A DNA stretch of 64,000 nucleotides from a virus. The first letter of the stretch is position 1. Each line of letters opens with the position of its first letter. Both the position numbers and the translations under genes were made by a program. Of the stretch, positions 26,710 to 35,016 are shown in pieces. Under the pieces are notes generated by a model. The model was given only the letters and a program-made list of their open reading frames with translations, was not told the origin of the DNA and searched no databases. The stretch covers positions 1-64,000 of the IMG/VR virus record IMGVR_UViG_3300033148_003055, one strand, 5' to 3'.

Positions 26710-28068
26710 TCAGAGAAGGACGGCCTGCGGCTTCGGGGGAGGGGGCTTCGGCGGGACGAACGTGAGGGCGAGAGCGTCGGCGTGGTCGGGCGAGCGGCCG
26801 ACCCGGGCCTTGACCTTCTCCTTGGCCTCGAGCTGGATACGGCCCTTGCCGTCGAACTTCTTGGAGATGGCGGCGAGCTGCCCGCCGAGCGCGGACCCCG
26901 CTCCCTTCAGCGAGAACTCCTCGTCGCGGAGGGCGAGCATCAGGTTCCAGTACATCTCGGCCCGGACGTTCTTGAACTGGTCGGGGTCGGTGGCGGACTC
27001 GGAGAAGATCACGGGGTTGACGTGGATGTCCTGCTCTTTGAGGATGTCGACTGCGCCGCCACCGTACCCTCCAGTGTTGTCGACGTTGACGTTGGTCGGG
27101 TCGAGCTTCCAGTCCTTGATCAGGTTAATGATCGTGCCGGCGGTCTCGGTCTCCCGCATCGAGCGGTGCCCCTCGACGTGAAGGACGCCGCCGTTGTCCC
27201 GGACGATGAAGACGTTCTCGTCCCCGCCGAACCGGGCGGTGTCGACTCCCATCTTCCTGGCGCCACCCTTGGCGTGGTCCCTGGCCTCGGCCTCTTCGAT
27301 CAGCGACAGGGCGATGAGCGCGTCGACGGCAGCGTCGGGGAACTCGCCCAGGACTCGGCTCTGCCACGCCGGGCTGCCCTCGCCCCACTCCTTCCGTCGC
27401 AGTTCGATCCACGCTTTGTCAGTCAGACCAGGGACGCCATCGGGTAGGTCGAAGGCGCTGATGTGGAGGTGATCCCACTCGTCAGCGATCTTCCCACGGA
27501 ACGCTTCGTAGAACGGACCTGAGGGTCGAAGAGGGTTGCCGGAGTAAATGAGGACGCAGTTACCGGACGACATGTTCCCCTCGAAGGCCTCTGCCATTCC
27601 CGCAGTGAGGCCCGACGATTCATCGACGATCTGGAGTACGTGCGGAGCGTGAAGGCCCGACGCGCTGTCGGGTCGGGCTGGCGACAGAACGTGGGCGAAC
27701 CACTTGGGCCCGAGTTGCCATCCGGTCTTCTGCATATCCCCGCCTAACCGCTCCTTCGAGTTGGCGTGCAGTCGGCGGACCTCGGCCCAGACTGTGGTCA
27801 AGGCCTGCTCCCAGGTGTTGGCGGTGACGACGGCGATGGAATCTTCGTGGCAGGCAGTGAACCAGAGCAGGAGGACTGCTAGGCACCAGCTTTTCCCAGA
27901 ACCGTGTGAGGATCGCACCGCCAGCCGAACCGCTCCCTCTGGGTTGGAGGCAGCGAGCCGGAGGATACGCTGTTGCTTCCCCCACGGCTCGACCCCGAGG
28001 ATGTTGCGGGCGAACCAGACTGGGTCGGTGGTGGCTTCTTCGATTACGAACTCGTCGCCCTTGATCAT
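26710..28068 (-). CDS. terL: Terminase large subunit
   Basis: Walker A SSHGSGKS, Walker B IVDES, GNP, nuclease GVDTARFGGD, RSPDHADALAL. Confidence 0.96.
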   Translation of the reverse strand: MIKGDEFVIEEATTDPVWFARNILGVEPWGKQQRILRLAASNPEGAVRLAVRSSHGSGKSWCLAVLLLWFTACHEDSIAVVTANTWEQALTTVWAEVRRLHANSKERLGGDMQKTGWQLGPKWFAHVLSPARPDSASGLHAPHVLQIVDESSGLTAGMAEAFEGNMSSGNCVLIYSGNPLRPSGPFYEAFRGKIADEWDHLHISAFDLPDGVPGLTDKAWIELRRKEWGEGSPAWQSRVLGEFPDAAVDALIALSLIEEAEARDHAKGGARKMGVDTARFGGDENVFIVRDNGGVLHVEGHRSMRETETAGTIINLIKDWKLDPTNVNVDNTGGYGGGAVDILKEQDIHVNPVIFSESATDPDQFKNVRAEMYWNLMLALRDEEFSLKGAGSALGGQLAAISKKFDGKGRIQLEAKEKVKARVGRSPDHADALALTFVPPKPPPPKPQAVLL

Positions 28069-28388
28069 AGCTTCTCTACCTCGGACAGCCCGGGGACGGC
28101 CGCGTCCTGCAGGCGCTTGACCTCGGCTTCAAGCTCGGCGATGCGGAGGCGCTTCCGCTCGATCGTCCTGCACGCCTGGCTGTACGCCCAGGCAGTCGGG
28201 TACGGCTGCCAATCGTGTGCGACGGCCAGGTCACGCTCCTCCTTGACCCGAATGAGTTGAGCCTCGAGTTCCTGATACTTGGACATGGCACCCTTCGGTG
28301 GGTCGCCCAGCTTCCGGTCGGTCTCAGGCTGGTACGCCCGCGGCCACCCAAACTCTATTCGCCCGACCTTCATGTCGTCGCCGCTCAT
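28065..28388 (-). CDS. Hypothetical protein
   Basis: 107 aa, translationally coupled; AVAHDWQPYPTAWAY. Confidence 0.6.
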   Translation of the reverse strand: MSGDDMKVGRIEFGWPRAYQPETDRKLGDPPKGAMSKYQELEAQLIRVKEERDLAVAHDWQPYPTAWAYSQACRTIERKRLRIAELEAEVKRLQDAAVPGLSEVEKL

Positions 28389-28693
28389 AGTTTCACCTCG
28401 CTCTCGTTAAGGGCGGGGGCAGTGATAAGCGCCTTGAGCCGTTTCACTTCGGCGATCAACGCTGGCACGTCCTGACGAGATTGGGCGATGAAGTCGAGGT
28501 CGGCCTCGCACTGCTTATGATGCGCCATCCAACGCATGGCACACGCCGCCCACTTGAACGGATTGAGCCTCCCCACGATAGTCGTCGGCATGATCGGGTT
28601 GCCGGTCCACACGATGCCACAGTCGCCATGCCACGGCCCAGCAGTTGCCGCGTCGCACCTCTCCTTGATTGCTTTCAGATCGTCGTCGCTCAT
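28385..28693 (-). CDS. Ead/Ea22-like hypothetical protein
   Basis: ERCDAATAGPW...DFIAQSRQDVPALIAEVKRL motif common in phage accessory proteins. Confidence 0.65.
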   Translation of the reverse strand: MSDDDLKAIKERCDAATAGPWHGDCGIVWTGNPIMPTTIVGRLNPFKWAACAMRWMAHHKQCEADLDFIAQSRQDVPALIAEVKRLKALITAPALNESEVKL

Positions 28694-29040
28694 ATCCCAC
28701 TCCCCTCCTTCTGCTCATCGGGGTCGTCCTCCGGCCCCGGGCCCATCACACCGATCCGCAGACCATCCTCGAGGATGAGGACTTCGTGGTTCGGGAAGAC
28801 GTCCTTGAGGTGGTCGATGATCCGCTCGCTGTTGGCCTGACCGAGACGCTTCTCTGTGATGATCACCACCGTGTCACCGGGCTCGAGCCGGACGCGCTTC
28901 AGCTCCGTCACCTCGATCATGTCCTCCGGGGTCGGTGGGGTCTCGGCGACCTCGGCGCCGTCGTGACTGAAACTGCCCGGTGACGTGCAGCCGGTGCGCT
29001 TCACGCCGCCTGTCTTGAACGAGTCCTTGGTCATTGCCAT
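28690..29040 (-). CDS. Hypothetical protein
   Basis: 116 aa with GAGGAG RBS. Confidence 0.55.
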   Translation of the reverse strand: MAMTKDSFKTGGVKRTGCTSPGSFSHDGAEVAETPPTPEDMIEVTELKRVRLEPGDTVVIITEKRLGQANSERIIDHLKDVFPNHEVLILEDGLRIGVMGPGPEDDPDEQKEGSGI

Positions 29041-29055
29041 GTCGCTCTCCTCAGT

Positions 29056-29132
29056 TGGTAGCGGGAGCAGGATTCGAACCTGCGATCTCCGGCTTATGAA
29101 ACCGGTGTGCTAGACCACTGCACCATCCCGCC
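29056..29132 (-). tRNA. tRNA-Met(CAT) (Met/fMet/Ile2 not resolved)
   Basis: Cloverleaf; loop TTCATAA; GGTTCGAATCC; encoded CCA. Confidence 0.9.
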
Positions 29133-29145
29133 CGCTACTCTCCAA

Positions 29146-29219
29146 TGGGGTGACCGGTGGGGGACGATCCCACGTCTGCTGGTACACAGCCAGCTATTCT
29201 TCCGTTGAACTACGGCCAC
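29146..29219 (-). tRNA. tRNA-His(GTG)
   Basis: Stem GCTGG/CCAGC, loop CTGTGTA; C73; CCA; variant T-loop. Confidence 0.85.
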
Positions 29220-29225
29220 TATTAA

Positions 29226-29321
29226 GGGTCCTCGACCAGGATTCGAACCTGGATTACCGGCGGACCGGTGTTCCGACCTACCGCCGTCGCGCGCAGCACG
29301 GCTATTGGAAGACCGAGGACC
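29226..29321 (-). ncRNA. tRNA-like RNA with expanded D-loop and no anticodon
   Basis: Acceptor GGTCCTCG/CGAGGACC, perfect T-arm CCAGG-TTCGAAT-CCTGG, anticodon arm ACCGG-TCCG-CCGGT, hairpin inserted in the D-loop; no CCA. Confidence 0.6.
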
Positions 29322-29332
29322 ATTCTCTTCTC

Positions 29333-29407
29333 TGGCGCCCTGACGGGGTGTCGATCCCCGCTCTCCCGCTAGACAGGCGGGTGTTCTGGCCGATGAACTA
29401 CCAGGGC
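29333..29407 (-). tRNA. tRNA-Asp(GTC)
   Basis: CCCGC-CTGTCTA-GCGGG; G73; CCA. Confidence 0.87.
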
Positions 29408-29419
29408 GCGCTGTGTATC

Positions 29420-29495
29420 TGGCAGGGCAGGAGGGATTCGAACCCCCAATCGCCCGGTCCGTAGCCGGGTGCCTTATCCGTTGGGCCACTGCCCC
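29420..29495 (-). tRNA. tRNA-Arg(ACG)
   Basis: CCCGG-CTACGGA-CCGGG; GGTTCGAATCC; CCA. Confidence 0.92.
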
Positions 29496-29497
29496 GA

Positions 29498-29573
29498 TGG
29501 TCGGTGGGGGAGGATTTGAACCTCCGCCTTCACGCTTATCAGGCGCGTGCTCTGACCCCTGAACTACCCACCG
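29498..29573 (-). tRNA. tRNA-Ile(GAT)
   Basis: CGCGC-CTGATAA-GCGTG; GGTTCAAATCC; CCA. Confidence 0.92.
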
Positions 29574-29584
29574 ACTCGTCGTAC

Positions 29585-29672
29585 TGGAGGAAGGCGGAGG
29601 ACTTGCACCCCACCCCGTGAAGGGCGAACTGTTTTCTAAACAGGCCCGGCACGCTTGACCGGTTCGCCTTCC
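29585..29672 (-). tRNA. tRNA-Ser(AGA), long variable arm
   Basis: Acceptor GGAAGGC/GCCTTCC, loop TTAGAAA, variable arm CCC-TTCAC-GGG; CCA. Confidence 0.75.
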
Positions 29673-29680
29673 AGTTACTA

Positions 29681-29756
29681 TGGCGGGCCGCACAGGGGTC
29701 GAACCTGCACCCTCCTGATTTGGAATCAGGCGCTCTACCCTCTGAGCTTCCGACCC
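29681..29756 (-). tRNA. tRNA-Trp(CCA)
   Basis: CCTGA-TTCCAAA-TCAGG; GGTTCGACCC; CCA; one acceptor mismatch. Confidence 0.85.
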
Positions 29757-29764
29757 TCGGACGC

Positions 29765-29840
29765 TGGACCGGACGGAGGGACTTGAACCCTCACCTCCAG
29801 CATGGCGAGCTGGCGTGCAGCCGTTGAACACCACGCCCGG
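29765..29840 (-). tRNA. tRNA-Gly(GCC)
   Basis: CCAGC-TCGCCAT-GCTGG (C33); U73; CCA. Confidence 0.8.
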
Positions 29841-29851
29841 TCGAATACTTT

Positions 29852-29927
29852 TGGTGGAGACGGTCGGAATCGAACCGACCACACGGACCTTGCAAGGGTC
29901 TGTCGCCCCCTTGGAACATGCGCCCCC
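29852..29927 (-). tRNA. tRNA-Ala(TGC)
   Basis: Loop CTTGCAA; G3:U70 identity pair; CCA. Confidence 0.88.
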
Positions 29928-29938
29928 ACTCTCGACTA

Positions 29939-30014
29939 TGGTAGGACTGGTGGGCTTCGAACCCACAACCGTCAGATTAAGAATCTGCTGCTCGTCCACT
30001 TGAGCTTCAGTCCT
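29939..30014 (-). tRNA. tRNA-Lys(CTT)
   Basis: CAGA-TTCTTAA-TCTG; GGTTCGAAGCC; CCA. Confidence 0.88.
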
Positions 30015-30022
30015 CTCGTTCC

Positions 30023-30116
30023 TGGTTGGGCCGCCTGGACTTGAACCAGGAACCTCCCGATTTCGGGTGCTCTGCCTCGCGAACTGGTACCCCAGCCGCT
30101 CTGAACTACAGCGCCT
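30023..30116 (-). ncRNA. tRNA-like RNA with expanded D-loop and no anticodon
   Basis: TAGTTCAG...GAGC D-stem enclosing CTGG-GGTA-CCAG hairpin; anticodon arm CCCG-AAAT-CGGG; T-arm CCTGG-TTCAAGT-CCAGG; ACCA end. Confidence 0.65.
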
Positions 30117-30124
30117 TCGTATCT

Positions 30125-30199
30125 TGGTCGGCGTGGCAGGGATCGAACCTGCGACGTCCTGCTCCCAAAGCAGGCCCCCTACCGCTGGGTCACACGCCG
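30125..30199 (-). tRNA. tRNA-Pro(TGG)
   Basis: CCTGC-TTTGGGA-GCAGG; C1-G72, A73; CCA. Confidence 0.92.
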
Positions 30200-30420
30200 A
30201 CGATCATGTCCCCGGTCCTCCCGCACGCAGGGCAGACGACAGCGTAGAAGCTCGACGTCTGCCCAATCTGCAGGCGACCGTCCACGTAAAGCATCGGCGC
30301 ACCACATCCGGTCTTACTGCACAGCACCCCGGCCTCCCTCTTTGTGGCCTCCTCTTGGGCGTCCTTCGCCCGCCTCATCGCCGCTCGGTTGTGGTCCGCC
30401 AACGTTTCCATCTCACCCAT
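30190..30420 (-). CDS. Small zinc-ribbon protein inside the tRNA cluster
   Basis: MGEMETLAD...CSKTGC...CPAC; GGGGAAG RBS. Confidence 0.55.
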   Translation of the reverse strand: MGEMETLADHNRAAMRRAKDAQEEATKREAGVLCSKTGCGAPMLYVDGRLQIGQTSSFYAVVCPACGRTGDMIVGV

Positions 30421-30435
30421 GTCGCTTCCCCTATC

Positions 30436-30510
30436 TGGAGCCGGCGGAGGGTCTCGAACCCCCGTCTGCACTTTACGAGAGTGCTGCTAAGCCAACTCAG
30501 CTACGCCGGC
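30436..30510 (-). tRNA. tRNA-Thr(CGT)
   Basis: GCACT-CTCGTAA-AGTGC; GCCGGCG/CGCCGGC acceptor; CCA. Confidence 0.9.
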
Positions 30511-30520
30511 CCTTGTGAAC

Positions 30521-30590
30521 TGGTGGGCGGGGGCGCCCCATCGGCAAACAGCGGATTCGCCGTCGGAGTCTCGAACGCCTCCCCCGCCCC
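30521..30590 (-). ncRNA. ACCA-ended structured RNA (tRNA-like, rearranged arms)
   Basis: GGGCGGGGG/CCCCCGCCC closing stem + ACCA; GTTCGAGA loop on the 5' side; CGGCGAA/TTTGCCG hairpin. Confidence 0.45.
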
Positions 30591-30596
30591 TTCCTA

Positions 30597-30657
30597 TGGT
30601 GCCGGCCTCCCGTCAGTCCGGGGCCCCGCGTGCTACACGGGGGTGCTAGCGGCCGGC
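30597..30657 (-). ncRNA. ACCA-ended structured RNA (D-armless tRNA-like)
   Basis: Perfect 7-bp GCCGGCC/GGCCGGC stem + ACCA; two internal hairpins. Confidence 0.45.
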
Positions 30658-30973
30658 GTCGTTGCCTTATCGGTCCATCATCCCCAGACTTCAATGCCTT
30701 GTAGGGCGGCGTGTTGCCTGCATCCGAAGGCGGTGTGGATACTGCCCTTGAACTTCCCTTTCTGTACCGGGATCGAGGGGCTCCCCTCGAGCGGCCCGAA
30801 GCACGCCATGCACACCTTCCGGAAGTCCTGGGTCGGCTTGCGCTTGATCATCTCGTATCCACCCCCCTACAGCTTCGAGTCCAGGTAATAGATCGCCACC
30901 CCGACCGACACAGCGAAGCCCACCCACAGGGTCAGCACCCCGAGCGCGATCCCGAGGAGGAGCCAGAGGATGG

Positions 30974-31216
30974 TCATGACTTCCTCCCCCACCTGGCGAG
31001 CCGGACGCCAAGCGTAGCCACGGCTTGGAACGGCCAGGTCACTGCACACGCGATCGCCACGACCAGGATGACCGCGGCCATCACCGGCCAGAAGAACAGG
31101 GCGATGGCGACCAGCTTCCAGTCTTCGTCATCGATCTTCGAGGGAGCGTACCGGAGTAACCCCACCCCCGTCAGGAACCCGACCAGTAGGTACCCCACTA
31201 TCGCTAGGTATATCAC
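30974..31216 (-). CDS. Small membrane protein
   Basis: IVGYLLVG...FFWP two-TM pattern; paralog of the upstream gene. Confidence 0.6.
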   Translation of the reverse strand: MIYLAIVGYLLVGFLTGVGLLRYAPSKIDDEDWKLVAIALFFWPVMAAVILVVAIACAVTWPFQAVATLGVRLARWGRKS

Positions 31217-31437
31217 TCCCCACCCCCGTCTCTGGGCTTGCACACCGTCGCCAGCCACTGTACCGCCTTCGCCCACAACGCCAGTATCGTCAAGAGCAAA
31301 GCGATAGGCCAGCCGAAGACGAGGAACACGTTGAAGCCTTGGACCTCCAGCTCCGGCTGCGGGTCGAGCCAGCGCAGGTAAACAACCGCGAACACCGACC
31401 CGACCAACAGATACCCCACCACGTATACGGCGATCAC
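31213..31437 (-). CDS. Small membrane protein
   Basis: VVGYLLVG...FGWP two-TM pattern; GTGA-coupled. Confidence 0.6.
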   Translation of the reverse strand: MIAVYVVGYLLVGSVFAVVYLRWLDPQPELEVQGFNVFLVFGWPIALLLTILALWAKAVQWLATVCKPRDGGGE

Positions 31438-33089
31438 TCCCCACCCCCCGTCTTGCGGACCACGTCGCACTCCGTAGGCGCCAGCGGCATACGCTTGAGC
31501 GCAATCTCTGCGGCGACCCGGCTCTCATACCGACCCAGCGGCCTGAGGGCATTCATGCACCACACCTCCCAAGGCAGCGGCGCGGGGCGGGCCATCACCC
31601 GCTTGACCTCATCCACGAGCGTCGGCGTGCCGTGGAAGCCCTTCGAGCCGAGGACCTTGTGCGCTTCGTCGATCACGCTCATCCTGCGGTCGGCCCTAGC
31701 CCTCAGGTCCTCCACCCTGTGGACCAGACTGTCAGGACCCCACTCTAATACCCCATACACTCCGAGGGCCTTGGCGATCCGGTTCTGGTACTGCCTGTAG
31801 ACGTCGTTGAACTTGAGGTCGTACTTGAGCCGGTCGACCTCGTCCTGGGTCTTGGCGGCGATCACGACCATCTCGTCAAGCTCCCTCTCCAGCTGCCCGA
31901 TCATCATCTGGGTGCCGGCCTCGGACCTGCGCTTGAGCTCGATCCAGTCGTGCTGCGACTTGACCGCGTTCACGAGGTAGTCGACGTCCCACGGTTCCAC
32001 GCCGTACACGTCCAGGGCCTTGGCTACCCCGACCTTGAAGTCGTCGAGCTTCTCCTCGAAGGTGTCCCGCTCCGTCCTGGTTTGTGACGCCCGCTCGTTC
32101 GCCTCGGTCAGCTTCGTCTCGAGTTCGACCCGCTTTTCGCGGATGAGTCTGACCTCGTCGACGATGTGGTCATCCTTCCCCCCGCTCAGGCTCCAGCCGA
32201 GGATGTTAAGCAGCGAGCCCCGCAGGGCGTAGTACCGCTTGTCCAGAGCGGCGTAGTTCTTCTTGAGCTCGTCCCGCCCCCTGATCGTCCTGGCGAGGGT
32301 CTCGCCGGTCACGGCGACGCCAGCCTTGTAGGCCTTGGTGTCTCGCTCTGCAGAATCCCGGTCCTCCCTGGCCTTGTGCGCCTCCACCACCCAGGCGTTG
32401 GCCTTGCGTTCGAGCTGACCGATCTTCTCCTGGTACCCGCGTACCTTCTCAGCTACGTCGATGAGGCTGGGTTGGACATTCGCCCCGATGAACGACATCC
32501 ACACACTGTGAGCGCCGTCACGGATGCGAATGCCACCCATCTCAATGTCGACACTCCGGCCGAAGCCAACATCCTTCGTCGGCGGCTTCGGTGCGGTGAC
32601 GGTGTTGGCGTTCATCCCGGTACATGCGCCGCAGTTGACGGGCACGTGCCCTGGACTGGCTACCGGGAACCTCACCCCGCACTGCTTGCATAGACTCGTG
32701 GTCACCCTGCGCTCGATGCGGAGACCATCGAAGTCGTCGTCCTTGGCCTTCGGCTTCCCCCGCTCACCGTAGCAGTCGCGGCAGACCATGCCGTCGTTCG
32801 CCACGACCATCGCCGCCCTGTAGTACATGAAACCACAGTCCAGGCACGGGACCTCGGGCTTGTCGGGGAACTTCTCGCCGTCGAGGATACGTTCGACTGT
32901 GTCCACAAGCCTGGCGCCCGCGTTGTCGTCCGGCTCGCCGAACATGTCGATGGTCCCGAACGTCTTCCAGTCGTCGTCGACCTTCAGCACCTGAACCGCG
33001 TCGTACCCCAGGTACGTCATCGCGGACATGAAGGCCATTGCCCTCTGTTCAGTCCGATGGGTCACCTTCACCGTCTTGATCATCGCCAC
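31434..33089 (-). CDS. Coiled-coil protein with zinc ribbons and internal repeats
   Basis: CLDC/CRDC, CKQC/CGAC; repeats AKALDVYGVEPW / AKALGVYGVLEW and VDEVR / VDEVK. Confidence 0.7.
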   Translation of the reverse strand: MAMIKTVKVTHRTEQRAMAFMSAMTYLGYDAVQVLKVDDDWKTFGTIDMFGEPDDNAGARLVDTVERILDGEKFPDKPEVPCLDCGFMYYRAAMVVANDGMVCRDCYGERGKPKAKDDDFDGLRIERRVTTSLCKQCGVRFPVASPGHVPVNCGACTGMNANTVTAPKPPTKDVGFGRSVDIEMGGIRIRDGAHSVWMSFIGANVQPSLIDVAEKVRGYQEKIGQLERKANAWVVEAHKAREDRDSAERDTKAYKAGVAVTGETLARTIRGRDELKKNYAALDKRYYALRGSLLNILGWSLSGGKDDHIVDEVRLIREKRVELETKLTEANERASQTRTERDTFEEKLDDFKVGVAKALDVYGVEPWDVDYLVNAVKSQHDWIELKRRSEAGTQMMIGQLERELDEMVVIAAKTQDEVDRLKYDLKFNDVYRQYQNRIAKALGVYGVLEWGPDSLVHRVEDLRARADRRMSVIDEAHKVLGSKGFHGTPTLVDEVKRVMARPAPLPWEVWCMNALRPLGRYESRVAAEIALKRMPLAPTECDVVRKTGGGE

Positions 33090-33687
33090 TCTCCTCGCTT
33101 AGAGCTTCCGATCCGTTAGAACCCTCGGGGGGAATATACCCCACTTCCGAGGGGTCGTCAACCTTTTTCTTTGGAGAATCTGGATTCGTTGCCTTGACCT
33201 CAATCGTCTTCACCTTCGCGGCTTCGAGTTCCTTCCGTTTTTCTGCAGACAAGGCCTTGACCAGTTCCGTGAACGCCGGGACCTCAAGCCTCCCCTTGAC
33301 CTCCACGCTCCTGGTATCTTGCCAGCCGCCTTTGTTAATCAACACGAAGACTTGGGCGCCGAAGTGGCCCATCCCGTCCTTGTCACCGTAAAGCGCCTTC
33401 CGGTACAGAGCATGCTCGACCTTGACGATGAGGTCGTCCTTCGCTTTGCGGATCGCCTCGGCGAACTCGGGCTTCGATTCCATCCACCGGTAGAAGGTTT
33501 GCTTCGAAATCTTGGCGGACCTGCATGCCATCTCCACGGTAGAGGCATGGCCGATCGCGTCGATCAGAACCTCCTCCTTTTTACGCGTCGCTTTCGTCAC
33601 GTCTTTGCTGTTACTATTTGGTTTCTTTTTCGTAGCCTTTTCCGTAGACGTTTCAGTAGCCTTTTCCGTACCCTTTTTCTTACCCAC
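33049..33687 (-). CDS. terS: Terminase small subunit
   Basis: HTH ACRSAKISKQTFYRW...EFAEAI, VEHALYRKA, AQVFVLINKGGWQD pattern. Confidence 0.8.
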   Translation of the reverse strand: MGKKKGTEKATETSTEKATKKKPNSNSKDVTKATRKKEEVLIDAIGHASTVEMACRSAKISKQTFYRWMESKPEFAEAIRKAKDDLIVKVEHALYRKALYGDKDGMGHFGAQVFVLINKGGWQDTRSVEVKGRLEVPAFTELVKALSAEKRKELEAAKVKTIEVKATNPDSPKKKVDDPSEVGYIPPEGSNGSEALSEESGDDQDGEGDPSD

Positions 33688-33766
33688 TTACGTACCTGCT
33701 TCCGTGGTGAATTACATACACGATTACATACACGCTTACGTACCCTTATCGGTAGACACTACCGTC
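33623..33766. repeat. Degenerate 12-bp-period tandem repeat (about 12 units)
   Basis: GTA/ATA/TTA-type triplets recur every 12 bp (33632, 33644, 33656, 33668 ... 33752); includes exact ATTACATACACG x2 and GCCTTTTCCGTA x2. Confidence 0.65.
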
Positions 33767-34356
33767 TCCTTCAAGGCCTCCGCGTGCTCCTTCTTCAGCC
33801 GCGCGATCGTCGCGTCGTTCATCTTGCAGACCTTGTGCGCGGTGTCCCTCTCCTGCCGGGCAGCGTTGCGTTGGATCACGACCGCCGCGGTCTCCCGCTG
33901 GGCCTTCGCCACGTTATCCCGACAGGCGTCCCGTGAAACGGTCAACTCGTCGATTGCCAACGCCCGGTCCGCACACCCTGGACAAGCACCGACTTCATCA
34001 CCGATCGTTCCCTCGTGGTGCTTCAGGTCGTTCAGCAACCTGACGACTTCCGATTCTGCGGTCGCAAGCCGCTTCTTCAGCTTCACATCCATGCCGGCCT
34101 TCTTCTGTCTCTCGACGGTGAGCTTCCGCTCCATGTCCCGAGCGGAGTGCTCTGCCGCGGACGCCCGCGACTCTGCCGAGGCCACCTGGCGTATCTTCTC
34201 GAGGTCGGCCTTCCGCTCTGCCTGGAGCTCGGCAACCAGCTTCTCCGATTTCCCCAGGTCCTTCAGCACGGTCTCGACCTTCGCCTGCTGCGCTTTGAAA
34301 CCGGCCTGCGCGTTGTCCCGTTCCTTCCGTGCCTGTACCAACGCATCACTCATCAT
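33736..34356 (-). CDS. Coiled-coil hypothetical protein
   Basis: 206 aa heptad-rich ORF. Confidence 0.65.
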   Translation of the reverse strand: MMSDALVQARKERDNAQAGFKAQQAKVETVLKDLGKSEKLVAELQAERKADLEKIRQVASAESRASAAEHSARDMERKLTVERQKKAGMDVKLKKRLATAESEVVRLLNDLKHHEGTIGDEVGACPGCADRALAIDELTVSRDACRDNVAKAQRETAAVVIQRNAARQERDTAHKVCKMNDATIARLKKEHAEALKETVVSTDKGT

Positions 34357-34867
34357 CGACTCCTTCCAGGTCCAGTCGGACCCTCAGTTCCTTGATAGCC
34401 TCCTCAACGATCTGGCCCACCCGGGCCTTCGACACCCCCTCCACCTCCGCCACCTCCGCGAGGGTCCACCCCTCCCACATCCGCCACACCAACACCCGAC
34501 GCTGCCGCGGGGTCAGCATCTTCAGCAGCGACTCAGCCTCGCCTCGGTCGGACAGCAGCTCGGGCACCCCCACCCCAGGGGCCTCGATGGTACCCGGTAG
34601 CATGTCCAGCCGGATTACTGGCTCCTCCAGTAGTCCCCGCGCATAGTCCGTCATCGCTCCCCATGCTACGGTCCGGACGTAGGTGCCGCGAGTCGATGCT
34701 CCGTCCCGGAGCCTCGACCGGGCACGAAGCATGGCTTCGTACCCAGGCCACATCAACTCATCGACGTCGAACTCCACGCCCGACCACCTGGCCCGCACAC
34801 CCTTCGCAATTCGCTCCAGCATCCGCCAGTCAAGCGGGTCGATGTCGTCTCTCACTGCGCACTCCAA
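34346..34867 (-). CDS. Sigma-70-family RNA polymerase sigma factor
   Basis: Region 2-like DELMWPGYEAM...TYVRTVAWGAMTDYAR; region 4 LTPRQRRVL...TLAEVAEVEGVSKARVGQI. Confidence 0.85.
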   Translation of the reverse strand: MECAVRDDIDPLDWRMLERIAKGVRARWSGVEFDVDELMWPGYEAMLRARSRLRDGASTRGTYVRTVAWGAMTDYARGLLEEPVIRLDMLPGTIEAPGVGVPELLSDRGEAESLLKMLTPRQRRVLVWRMWEGWTLAEVAEVEGVSKARVGQIVEEAIKELRVRLDLEGVDDE

Positions 34868-34870
34868 AAG

Positions 34871-35016
34871 GTAAAACGTTCAAAATTACATTCTAACAAT
34901 AGGGGGGGGGTGGGGGTCTCTTTCTTTAAGAGTCATATATAACTTTTTAAATATTACCCTTAAGATGGGTACCACACCCCCCCCTGTTATTGAAGTGTAA
35001 TTTTGGGCGTTTTTAC
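34871..35016. repeat. AT-rich element flanked by ~45-bp imperfect inverted repeat (origin or terminus candidate)
   Basis: GTAAAACGTTCAAAATTACA...GGGGGGGGGTGGG versus CCACACCCCCCCC...TGTAATTTTGGGCGTTTTTAC, with an AT-rich core. Confidence 0.55.

Noticed and set aside
29094-29999. 301-aa minus-strand ORF and overlapping plus-strand ORFs
   Set aside because: They run across consecutive tRNA genes
30023-30657. tmRNA or intron-containing tRNAs
   Set aside because: No tag reading frame or long insert at the anticodon position; insertions lie in the D-loop and no G3:U70 tRNA-like domain is evident
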